A stretch of DNA of 24,931 bases from a virus. Its lineage: Duplodnaviria > Caudoviricetes. Below the pieces are notes generated by a model. It did no database searches. It had not been told where the DNA came from and saw only the letters and a program-made list of their open reading frames with translations. The number at the start of each line of letters is the position of its first letter. Position 1 is the first letter of the stretch. Shown here piece by piece: positions 15,810-24,828 of this stretch. The DNA lies in IMG/VR virus record IMGVR_UViG_3300031683_000035, positions 1-24,931 of that record. The stretch is one strand, 5' to 3'. A program made the translations under genes and the position numbers.

Positions 15810-17252
15810 ATGGCTACTCGAAACCCATACGCGATGGACCCAGGTTTAATGGCCGGTTTTTCTAATTTATCTCGTGCGCTGTTAGGCTCGGCACAGGACG
15901 ATGCTTCGATTGCCCAGGCAAATCTTGCAAATACTAGAGGTGAGCTTGTTTCTGCTCAGACTGCCACGGAAGAAGCTTTGCTCGACCCGCGAACAAAAGA
16001 AATTTTGGCAAATGTCTTGTTAAAAGAAGCGCAAGCCAACACTAGCGGACAGCAAGGTAATTTTTTCAGCTCTCAGACAGTTGGGCAGAATATTGCAAAT
16101 ACAGATGACCAAAATCAATTAGACGCTTTTAACGCTCTCTCTAGCGATCCAGCTATGATGCAAAGAGTTGAACAAATGATAGGAGCGCCTGGTGTGGATG
16201 CTTCTGCCCTTGTACGGGCTATGTTCAATTTAGATAGCAATTCACAGCAAGTGCAAACTGCATTAGCGGGTGTAGGAACAGACGCTGATAATCAAACAGC
16301 CAGAACGATACAGCTTGATCCAAACTCAAGTGAGTTAGACATCTTAAAGGCTATGGCGATTACTGATCCAGCAGCATTCGGATCAATAACAAACAACAAT
16401 TTGGATAACCAAACCTCACGGTTTAATAACGCAGCGAATAATACGCAGTCTGGTGAGAATAACGCAGCAAATAATACGCAGTCTGGTCAGAATAACGCAG
16501 CGAATAATACGCAGTCTGGTCAGAATAACGCAGCGAATAATACGCAGTCTGGTGAGAATAACGCAGCGAATAATACGCAGTCTGGTCAGAATAACGCAGC
16601 AAATAATACGCAGTCTGGTCAGAATAACGCAGCAAATAATACGCAGTCTGGTAACAATAACGCAGCGAATAATACGCAGTCTGGTCAGAATAACGCAGCG
16701 AATAATACGCAGTCTGGTGAGAATAACGCAGCGAATAATACGCAGTCTGGTCAGAATAACGCAGCAAATAATACGCAGTCTGGTAAGAATAACGCGGCTA
16801 CTAATACGCAGTCTGGTAACAATAACGCGGCTACTAACCAAACCAACATGGATATTGCCGAACTAAAACAGGAAGTTGGATCAGAGAACTACACTGAATT
16901 TCTGGAACAATACGCAATTACTGTTAATAAATATGGCTCGGAAATGATGGAGTTACCTTTGCAAGCAATGGGTTGGCTAGAAAAAACAGCTATGCAAGCC
17001 ATTAGAGACGATATGAAAGAAGACCCCAGTATTATTTATGGTGACGCATTTAATCAAAACGCTGTTCCGATGGTTGCGGCCGGTCATATGAAAGTCACAT
17101 TCGGATATAACTTCCTTTTCCCGAAGTTTGTATTTGATATGCACTTACGAGATGGAAATAGAGATCAGCTTTTAATTTCAGCAAAAGAAATGGGTTATGC
17201 TGAAGAGCAAATCGTGAATTTAGGCAAACAATTCGACGACGCTAGGGAATAA
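15810..17252 (+). CDS. Putative internal virion (ejection) protein with an 11-aa tandem repeat
   Basis: 480 aa with a GGAG RBS, Ala/Gln/Asn-rich, lying between the gp14-like gene and the giant gene. Confidence 0.65.
   Translation: MATRNPYAMDPGLMAGFSNLSRALLGSAQDDASIAQANLANTRGELVSAQTATEEALLDPRTKEILANVLLKEAQANTSGQQGNFFSSQTVGQNIANTDDQNQLDAFNALSSDPAMMQRVEQMIGAPGVDASALVRAMFNLDSNSQQVQTALAGVGTDADNQTARTIQLDPNSSELDILKAMAITDPAAFGSITNNNLDNQTSRFNNAANNTQSGENNAANNTQSGQNNAANNTQSGQNNAANNTQSGENNAANNTQSGQNNAANNTQSGQNNAANNTQSGNNNAANNTQSGQNNAANNTQSGENNAANNTQSGQNNAANNTQSGKNNAATNTQSGNNNAATNQTNMDIAELKQEVGSENYTEFLEQYAITVNKYGSEMMELPLQAMGWLEKTAMQAIRDDMKEDPSIIYGDAFNQNAVPMVAAGHMKVTFGYNFLFPKFVFDMHLRDGNRDQLLISAKEMGYAEEQIVNLGKQFDDARE
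16425..16838 (+). repeat. In-frame 33-bp tandem repeat, 12 full copies plus one partial copy
   Basis: Consensus AATAACGCAGCRAATAATACGCAGTCTGGT(CAG/GAG/AAC/AAG), encoding NNAANNTQSG(Q/E/N/K). Units abut with no spacers; full units span 16425-16820. Confidence 0.97.
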
Positions 17253-17256
17253 GCAT

Positions 17257-20200
17257 ATGCCAGATTTTAGCTACGGCTCGATTGCAACAAATAAACGTCT
17301 ATCTGAAAACAACGAAGATGGAATGACGTCACCATATTTTAGCCTAAGTTCATCAGCTATTAGAAAACGCTTAGAAGCATTAGACAGTTCACCGGCTGCC
17401 CCAGTGGTTCCTTCCGCCACTGTTGCACCTCCGCCCACAGAGTTGCCGCAGCCGGTGGAGCTGATTGCGCCTCCACCTCCAGAAGAGTTTATTCAACAAG
17501 GTGATTACAGAAATCAGTTTATTGTAGCTCCAGAAATAACGGCTTCGCAGGATGCGGTCGTAACTCAACGCGCTAACGAGCAAGCAAAAATTGATTTAGC
17601 AGCACAGGCGGAAGCTTCTAGTTATCCAAGCGTTTTTAACCCAAGTCCGCAAACTCCTGTTGAGGCCGAAGAAGCACGTATTTTAGACGTGTTTGCGCAG
17701 CCTGGGCCAACACAAGCAAAAGTTGATGCTAACCTTAATCCTTCAATTAGCGGAATTGCTGGTGTACCTGGTCAATATTACGACAAACATTACGGCGTTG
17801 GAATACGTGATGAGCGAGCAGCTGAAATGATTGCTGAGTCTAATCTTCACGTTTCTCCCAATAATGCGGTTTCTAGGGGCTTCGGCCGGTTGCAGATGGG
17901 CATGAACCTGTTGGGGCAGCAGCTTGGTGTGAAGGACACGCAATCTTTTATCGATCGAATGCAAGAATTGGATCGTATTGTTCCGAAAGCACCGGCAGAG
18001 GTCCAAGAAGGATTGCGAGAAATAATCGACGCTGAAGGCGCTTACGACACAATTATGGCAACAGCTAGAAACCCTGGGGCTGTTCTGAGCGTTGTCGGAG
18101 AATCCTTACCTCAATCAGTTGTAGCAATGTTGGCCGCTGGAATTACTCGTAGCACAGCTGCGGGGATGGCTATTTATGGTTTAAGTTCTGGCGCGAATGA
18201 ATTTGCGGCTGTAATCAATGAGGAAATTGCGAATTCGGGCGTCGATATAAACGATGACGCTGCACTGACGGATTTGATGGCAAACCCCGAATTCATCTCA
18301 AAGGCTCGGAAACGTGGAGCAATGCGCGGCATACCGATTGGTCTTTTTGATGCACTATCCTTTGGCATAGCCGGTCGATTAATAGCTCCAGCCGTCGCAA
18401 GTGGACGCACAGCGCGAACAGCAGCAGCAATCCCTGGCGAACTAGCTATTCAAGCCGGTATGGGTGGACTTGGCGAAACCGCAGCGCAAGGCGCTGAAAT
18501 CGCAACAGGTTTTGAAGATGATTTTGAACTTGGAGATATAGTCCTAGAAACTGTAGGCGAGATTATTCCTGGCGGTGTTGAGGCGATCGTTAACACGGCT
18601 CGGCAGCTACCCGCTGCGCGGCAACAGCAATTCGTAAACGAGCTGAAAGCAGCGCTTGAAAATGAAAATGCAAACAACGATCAAAAACTTGCAATTCAAG
18701 CGGCTATTGAAGCTCTTAATCCTAATTCGCAGGTCGTTCAGCCAGGTGAGCCTAAAGTTACGCAGATTAATAATGAAAGTAATTTTGAAGGTGGCGGTTT
18801 AATCGCAAAGCCTGACATGAATTTGGATCAGCTTGAGGCGACAGCCGGTCGTGATAGTTTGCCGATAACACAAAGAACCGACAAGGGCGCAGAAATCTCG
18901 TCACAAAATATTGATCCTCTGCAAGTGCTGAATTTATTCCGTTCTGAGTTTGAAGGTTCGCCAGCTACTGCTGCACCTGGGGCAGTTATAGATGCGAATA
19001 CAGCTGCGGGGTTCCAAGGTAACGTCGAAGTAGAACCGGTATTTAATGCGAATATTCCTAAAGCTATCACAAACCCTGATATTTTGACCAAGCTGCCAGA
19101 AGGACAAAAAAATCCAGAGATAGCTGTAAGCGAAATGCCAGAAGGTAATACTTCTTTTGTGCCGCCGCAGGGCGTTATAAATCAAGAACAAGCAGCTGCT
19201 TTCGGCGCAAACGTAACAAAAAACACGCCTTCAAACGTTACCACCACGCCGCCAGCTGCAATAAAAAAACCAGAAACACCTCCGAGCAAATCCCCCGAAA
19301 ACGTTAATTCGCCTGAGGTAAAGATAGCTGCTGCGGATACTCTGGAAAATCCACAAGCACCAGATGTCGATCCTGTTGGCATAGATTTGGACAAGCCTGT
19401 GGTTTCAGTTCAGTCTCCAGATGGTCAAGCAAAGTTTAACGTAAAAGGAAAAGTCGTTGAGCTGGCGGAGTTAAAGCAAGCGGCGGGTGATCTTCAGCCG
19501 CGTGATCGAAGCCGAAAAGACAGTGAAGTATTAGCTAAAGATCGAGCCGGTTCAAAGTTTAATGCAGAGCGCCTTATGGACGATCCAACTTCTGGATCAG
19601 GTGCGCCAATTATAGCGCGTGACGGCACAATCATGAGCGGGAACGGTCGTGTTCTTACAATTCAAGAAGTGTACGCTAACCAGCCAGAAAGCCTAAAATC
19701 TTACCAAAATTCGTTAAAGAACGCCGGTATTGACACGACAGGGTTCAGCCAGCCGGTTTATGTTCGTCAGCTAAATGACGATATGACGATTGATGATTTG
19801 AAAGATTTTGCACGTTTATCAAATACTAACGCGCAAGCTGATATGTCTGTAACAGAGCGATCCAGTAATGACGCTAAAAAATTAACTGAAAGCAACATAA
19901 TCGACACTTTTAACGGTGATTTCGATATCGACGCTGCTGCAAACAGAACATTTATTACCGAGTATGCAAAAAAGATATTATCACCCACTGAGCAGGGAGT
20001 TTTCTTTCAATCAAACGGAAACATTAGCTCTGAAGGAATAAATCGTGTTCGCGGTGCTTTGCTTGCGTCAGCTTTTGATAACAGCACAACAATTTCTAAA
20101 ATGCTCGAAGCAAGCGACAACAACATTAAGTCCATTGCAAATGCTTTCGTGGCAGTCGCTCCTAAATTTGCGCAAGTTAAGCGTCAGATCGCAAACAATC

Positions 20201-23200
20201 AGACAGATTCTCAATGGGACATAACCCCACAATTATCTGAAATGGCTAATTTAATTAGTCAGTTGCGAACCGACGATGTAAAAGTAGCTGATTATTTCGC
20301 TCAGAATGATATGTTTGGAGCAAAAGACCCACAGGTAGAAGAATATGTAAGAGCGTTTTACAAAGAAGACCTTTCTTCCGCGATCAGCGGTAAAGCTATG
20401 CGTGAATTTCTTACTTTCTATGCAAATGAAGCGTTACAAAAGCAATCAGGTGGACTTATACCTGATACGACGACGCCCCAAGATGTGATTAATGTAGCCG
20501 TCAGCAAGCAAAGAGAAGAGCAAAATGCAAAAAAAGGAAACAATCAAGGATCGCTCCTTGAGCCTAGCGGCGCAAAGCAAGGCAATGATGCGGGTCGCAA
20601 ACAAGTACAAAAACCCCGAAATGCGCCAAGCCGCAATAAACTTGAAGAAACTAAGCAAGAAGCAGACGTAAGCACGATACCTGACGGTCAAGTTTTTAAC
20701 ACTAAGTCACAAACTCTGCGCCAATCCAATTACCGCAGCGCCTTCGCTGAAGCTGGGTTCGATCCAAAGAGATTGGAAAATGCGCCGGTTGAACGAAAGT
20801 TTAAGATACTAAGTGATGAAACTAATAAAAAATTTGGGTTAAAGTTTATTGCGCCGCCAGAGGCCGGTGCAACAAATAATCAAGTAAATCAGCTGCTCGA
20901 TGCTCACCACAATCTAACCTGGATGACACACAGTTTGGGTATGCCTAGCACGGCGATCGGTCTTGAAGGTACTTTGGGCCTCACCTTGCCGTCTAAGGTA
21001 GGGCGCTATTTAGGAGCTTACGTGCATGGCGGAATATCTTCAGCGCAGTCTGACGTTGCGCCAATGGAGGGACCGTTTATTAGTATGCCGGAGCGAAGCA
21101 ATAGCTTTGCCCACGAATGGGGCCACGCGCTAGACTTTCATTTAATGGAAAAGTATGGCGGAAACAACGCTGCTGGTATCTCTGGCGTCATCCGAGCCAA
21201 CAATAAGCTGGGGGATCGAGCCTGGGATGCAACTACACCAGCTAACGTGAAAGAAGCGTTTGCTGGCGTTATAAATTCAATGTATTTCGACAATGCTGAG
21301 TTTGCCGCAAAACTGATGGCGCTTGAGCATAAAATTTCTGCTGCTGCCGCGCGTCAGTCGAAAAATGGAAAACCGAACAAGACTTTAGAGGAAGATCGTC
21401 TAAAGCTAGAAAAACTTCTGGAAGGAAGTACCCGCGCAAAAATACTAAATACTGAATTTAGAAAAAATTCTGGAGAGTTTGGTCGGACTCAAAAATCTTT
21501 CGGAGAAAATTATTTCAAAAAACCAACAGAAATGTTTGCTCGGAGTTTTGAAGCATATATTGCACGATCTGTTGAGGCAATCGGTGGACCAAACGAGTTC
21601 ATCACAAAAGGTGACAAATCTTACCAGGCCGCAAAAGACCAATTAAAAGGTGCTGACGATCGCCTTGCGATGACTTTTCCTAAAGATCAGGAGCGTCACC
21701 GAATATTTTTAGCGATGGACCAACTAATGGAGGCTATGCGTCTTGAGGCGTTTGCAGCGGGTCAAACAGCTAACAAACCCAGCGATTTGGACACGATGGA
21801 TGCCGTAGCGCAATTTCATGGTGATCTTCAAATCGAAGAGCGCACAAAAATTTCATCATTACCTAAAAAAGTGGTCAAAGATATTGCTGCTGACCAGGCG
21901 AAAGCAACGCGCATAGCAAAAAATAGAGCTGCCGAAGCTGCCAAGCGTCCATCAGATTTCGTGGGTGATACCGTGTGGGAGCGCAAAGCCAACCAAATTC
22001 AAGACACTTTCTTTAGTAACTTTGTAAACACAAAACGCCAAATTTTGTTTAACATTAGCAAGAGGCACAAAGATAATAAGACAGTACGTGCTATAATGGA
22101 GGACATTATAAGTAAGGTTGCTACTGATCCTGGTTCACTGGACAAGCGAGTTACTTTTAAAAACGGAACATTTGAAGAAGCATCACGAATTAACTCGCGC
22201 CGGTTTAATGCTGTTTTTGATAGGCTTCGCCAGAAGCATAAAATCGATGAGTTAAATGGCGATGGACTTAAAAATTTACGTTTAATTTTAGTCGGGGATA
22301 CAAACGCGACGGCAGCAGCGAGCGAGCAAGTTCTCGAAATGGCATCAGATTTACGACGCCAGCTTCTAAATCCTATTTACGATTATATGGTCAAGAATAA
22401 CCAAAACGTAAATTACATAACAAACGCTGGCTATATGCCTCGTATGCTGGATGCTCGCCTGGCGATTAGTGAGCAGAAAAACTTTGTTGGCGAACTAAAC
22501 GGCAAAAAGGGAGCAATTCCACTTTACGAGCAAGTCATTTACGAAAACGAATATGGGTCATTTGACGAAGGCAACACCGAGCAAATGTCCTCTTTGGCAA
22601 GTTTAGCCAATTCTAAATCATTGGACACCGTTGCTGATCTAACGTTCAACGATGTGACGCTCGAAGAATTACAAATAATTAGCGCCAATATAAAAGACGA
22701 GCTGAAAGAAATAAACACTCTGGATTCCGAAATAACTGAAAGTCTAAACGACCAACACGCAGCACTTCACGAAGGTTTACGACCATTTTACGCAACGGCT
22801 GCCGGTAAAGATTTCCATAACAGAATAGTTTTGAGAAACGGATCAGACCCAAGCGTGAATGGCGTTCAAGGTAGTTTTGCAAAAAAACGAAGCCTCCCAG
22901 CTGAAGCTGACGTTTTCCTGGCCGACTTCTATTTAAACCCGATCGAAGCAATCATGGAATACATTCCAGCAACAGCGCGATACACGGAATATAACGCTCG
23001 CTTTGGAAGCCACCTTATTCCAAAAGGAAAAGGAAGTAATGACGGAAGAGATTTTCTGGATTACTCACTTGAAGAAGCGTTGCTGGGCGGAATGAAGCCA
23101 CATGAAGCGCGAGAAGTTGCCACCGTCGTAAAAATGATTACTGGTCGCTACGGCGGTCAGGACGATTTGCTTTCAAAATCTTTCAATACGTTAAACACGT

Positions 23201-24594
23201 ATGGAACAATGGCACTTTTGCCGAGAGCTGTTTTAAGTTCTGTTGCGGAGCCGATTACGGCTGCAATCCAAACTGGCGACGTCAAAGACGGATTTAAGAA
23301 TTTTGCTTACTCATTTGATGGCCTTTTGGCTACAAAAAACGCGCGTGAGCGTAAGCAATATTTCAGTCAGCTTGCAAACGTTCTCGGCGTCATCGATTTG
23401 CCTCAAAGCGGCGATATAATTGCGAACCGCGTGGGCGGCGTTTCAGAGGAAGATGCAAAAAACACAAAGCGTTTAGGCCTGTTTTTCCAACGAACCTTCT
23501 TAACGGGTATTACAAACGCTCAAAGACGCGCATCCATGCGGATCGGACTGCAATACATCATTGGTCTGTCCAAACAGTATCAAGAAAACAAACAGTCAAA
23601 TGATCCCTCACAAAACAAGATGAAAACTGAGGCAGAATCATCTTTAATGGATTTTGGTATTTCACCAGAAAACATGAGTAAATTTACAGAATACGCTTCT
23701 AATTTAAATCGTGATGAAAAAGGTTTTTATGACATTTCAAAAATAATGGAAGCATCCGGCGATTTAACTGACACTGGTCGAATGTTCGCGGTTGCTGTAG
23801 GCAGATTTGTTGACCAAACAATCCAAGACCCGAAAATTGTGGATCGTCCGAAGTGGGCTGAAACACCAGTGGGCCGGTCTGTATTTGGAATTCAGAGCTT
23901 CATAGCAGCGTTTCAACGAAACGTTCTGGAAATGTCAGCAAAACGAGCCGTGCGTGATTTTAAACAAGCTGGCGCTGCTGCGGGTACGGCGAGGCTTGGC
24001 AAGAAGATGGTTTTACCTCTCGCAAGCCTTTATATAGCGCACACGTTAGTTTCTGCTACGCGTGAGGCGGTATTCAATCCAGAACGCTGGGAAGAGGAAC
24101 GAGAAAAAGGGACGCTTATCAAATATTTGATGACCCTTGGAATTTCGCGATCTGGCATGACCGGCAGACTTGATCCTATTGTGAACGGATTTGTTTCACT
24201 TAAATATCGTGCTGATCTTTCAAACGTAGTAGTCGGCGCTACGGCTTCTATGTATCTGCACGCAATTCAGCGGATTGCTGGATTAGCGTCCGACGCTAAC
24301 AGTAAAAATACTCCCACAGCCGAATATCAGGCTGCTAGAGGTCTGTACGACATTCTGGTCCCAGCACTTATGGGTTTGGCAACCGTCAACCCATACGCTG
24401 GCGCTGTTGTCGGGGGAACACTTGGATTATCAAACATGGTGATTACATCCCCCAGGTTTAAAAAGATGGTCTTAAAAGAATTGGTTGAAACGGGAACAGG
24501 TCAGGAGTACAAGTCTGGAGGCGGTAGAAGCAAAAAATCTTCTGGCGGCTTTGGAAGCAGCGGCGGCTTTGGAGGCGGCGGCTTTGGGGATTAA
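17257..24594 (+). CDS. Giant internal virion / polyvalent protein with DdrB-like ParB, HExxH metallopeptidase-like and LPD1-like regions
   Basis: 2445 aa. Gly/Ala hydrophobic region at ~18070-18590; LQPRDRS...GAPII..DG..MSGNGR at ~19490-19650; SFAHEWGHALD (HEWGH at 21112-21126); YF..PTEMFARSFEAY...FPKDQER at ~21510-21700; helical C-terminal third resembling large ejection proteins. Confidence 0.75.
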   Translation: MPDFSYGSIATNKRLSENNEDGMTSPYFSLSSSAIRKRLEALDSSPAAPVVPSATVAPPPTELPQPVELIAPPPPEEFIQQGDYRNQFIVAPEITASQDAVVTQRANEQAKIDLAAQAEASSYPSVFNPSPQTPVEAEEARILDVFAQPGPTQAKVDANLNPSISGIAGVPGQYYDKHYGVGIRDERAAEMIAESNLHVSPNNAVSRGFGRLQMGMNLLGQQLGVKDTQSFIDRMQELDRIVPKAPAEVQEGLREIIDAEGAYDTIMATARNPGAVLSVVGESLPQSVVAMLAAGITRSTAAGMAIYGLSSGANEFAAVINEEIANSGVDINDDAALTDLMANPEFISKARKRGAMRGIPIGLFDALSFGIAGRLIAPAVASGRTARTAAAIPGELAIQAGMGGLGETAAQGAEIATGFEDDFELGDIVLETVGEIIPGGVEAIVNTARQLPAARQQQFVNELKAALENENANNDQKLAIQAAIEALNPNSQVVQPGEPKVTQINNESNFEGGGLIAKPDMNLDQLEATAGRDSLPITQRTDKGAEISSQNIDPLQVLNLFRSEFEGSPATAAPGAVIDANTAAGFQGNVEVEPVFNANIPKAITNPDILTKLPEGQKNPEIAVSEMPEGNTSFVPPQGVINQEQAAAFGANVTKNTPSNVTTTPPAAIKKPETPPSKSPENVNSPEVKIAAADTLENPQAPDVDPVGIDLDKPVVSVQSPDGQAKFNVKGKVVELAELKQAAGDLQPRDRSRKDSEVLAKDRAGSKFNAERLMDDPTSGSGAPIIARDGTIMSGNGRVLTIQEVYANQPESLKSYQNSLKNAGIDTTGFSQPVYVRQLNDDMTIDDLKDFARLSNTNAQADMSVTERSSNDAKKLTESNIIDTFNGDFDIDAAANRTFITEYAKKILSPTEQGVFFQSNGNISSEGINRVRGALLASAFDNSTTISKMLEASDNNIKSIANAFVAVAPKFAQVKRQIANNQTDSQWDITPQLSEMANLISQLRTDDVKVADYFAQNDMFGAKDPQVEEYVRAFYKEDLSSAISGKAMREFLTFYANEALQKQSGGLIPDTTTPQDVINVAVSKQREEQNAKKGNNQGSLLEPSGAKQGNDAGRKQVQKPRNAPSRNKLEETKQEADVSTIPDGQVFNTKSQTLRQSNYRSAFAEAGFDPKRLENAPVERKFKILSDETNKKFGLKFIAPPEAGATNNQVNQLLDAHHNLTWMTHSLGMPSTAIGLEGTLGLTLPSKVGRYLGAYVHGGISSAQSDVAPMEGPFISMPERSNSFAHEWGHALDFHLMEKYGGNNAAGISGVIRANNKLGDRAWDATTPANVKEAFAGVINSMYFDNAEFAAKLMALEHKISAAAARQSKNGKPNKTLEEDRLKLEKLLEGSTRAKILNTEFRKNSGEFGRTQKSFGENYFKKPTEMFARSFEAYIARSVEAIGGPNEFITKGDKSYQAAKDQLKGADDRLAMTFPKDQERHRIFLAMDQLMEAMRLEAFAAGQTANKPSDLDTMDAVAQFHGDLQIEERTKISSLPKKVVKDIAADQAKATRIAKNRAAEAAKRPSDFVGDTVWERKANQIQDTFFSNFVNTKRQILFNISKRHKDNKTVRAIMEDIISKVATDPGSLDKRVTFKNGTFEEASRINSRRFNAVFDRLRQKHKIDELNGDGLKNLRLILVGDTNATAAASEQVLEMASDLRRQLLNPIYDYMVKNNQNVNYITNAGYMPRMLDARLAISEQKNFVGELNGKKGAIPLYEQVIYENEYGSFDEGNTEQMSSLASLANSKSLDTVADLTFNDVTLEELQIISANIKDELKEINTLDSEITESLNDQHAALHEGLRPFYATAAGKDFHNRIVLRNGSDPSVNGVQGSFAKKRSLPAEADVFLADFYLNPIEAIMEYIPATARYTEYNARFGSHLIPKGKGSNDGRDFLDYSLEEALLGGMKPHEAREVATVVKMITGRYGGQDDLLSKSFNTLNTYGTMALLPRAVLSSVAEPITAAIQTGDVKDGFKNFAYSFDGLLATKNARERKQYFSQLANVLGVIDLPQSGDIIANRVGGVSEEDAKNTKRLGLFFQRTFLTGITNAQRRASMRIGLQYIIGLSKQYQENKQSNDPSQNKMKTEAESSLMDFGISPENMSKFTEYASNLNRDEKGFYDISKIMEASGDLTDTGRMFAVAVGRFVDQTIQDPKIVDRPKWAETPVGRSVFGIQSFIAAFQRNVLEMSAKRAVRDFKQAGAAAGTARLGKKMVLPLASLYIAHTLVSATREAVFNPERWEEEREKGTLIKYLMTLGISRSGMTGRLDPIVNGFVSLKYRADLSNVVVGATASMYLHAIQRIAGLASDANSKNTPTAEYQAARGLYDILVPALMGLATVNPYAGAVVGGTLGLSNMVITSPRFKKMVLKELVETGTGQEYKSGGGRSKKSSGGFGSSGGFGGGGFGD

Positions 24595-24686
24595 ACGTAA
24601 TGTAGAGCGCAGAGCTTTCTAAAAAACAAGTAAAAACAAGGTCTTGTATAGGTTAAAACAGCACTAGCCCGACCAGCATCCGTTAT

Positions 24687-24724
24687 GTAGAGCAGTGTCG
24701 AGAGGCCTGCTCTACTTGGTTTTT
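24687..24724 (+). terminator. Probable intrinsic terminator of the late operon
   Basis: GTAGAGCAG (24687-24695) and CTGCTCTAC (24707-24715) form a 9-bp stem with an 11-nt loop, followed by TTGGTTTTT. Confidence 0.5.
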
Positions 24725-24774
24725 ATAGTAAATTTTAAATTTTGTAGGCCGTTTTGTAGGACTGAAACAGACAA

Positions 24775-24820
24775 TCAACAGCGCAATTTGCGTTTTTAGA
24801 CCAGTAAAACGCAATGTTGA
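24775..24820. terminator. Inverted repeat just downstream of the minus-strand integrase stop
   Basis: TTGCGTTTT (24788-24796) pairs with AAAACGCAA (24806-24814), with outer arms TCAACA (24775-24780) and TGTTGA (24815-24820). Confidence 0.4.
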
Positions 24821-24828
24821 GCGCAGAA

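Noticed and set aside
16425-16838. 33-bp repeat array as a CRISPR array
   Set aside because: Units abut with no unique spacers, the length is a multiple of three, the array lies in frame within a CDS, and no cas genes are present.
16416-16866. Alternative-frame ORFs over the repeat (16453..16866 +, 16416..16841 -, 16423..16767 -)
   Set aside because: They are open only because the 33-bp unit lacks stops in those frames, and they end near the array boundaries.
1032-22951. Numerous short minus-strand and nested ORFs in the ORF track (e.g. 6482..6976, 10998..11378, 2941..3252)
   Set aside because: They are antisense or out-of-frame shadows of long, motif-supported + strand genes, with no recognisable motifs.
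24595-24680. Complete tRNA gene
   Set aside because: Only an acceptor-like 3' end is present. There is no matching 5' acceptor strand, D-arm or intact TTC-RA T-loop, so it is kept only as a possible att core.
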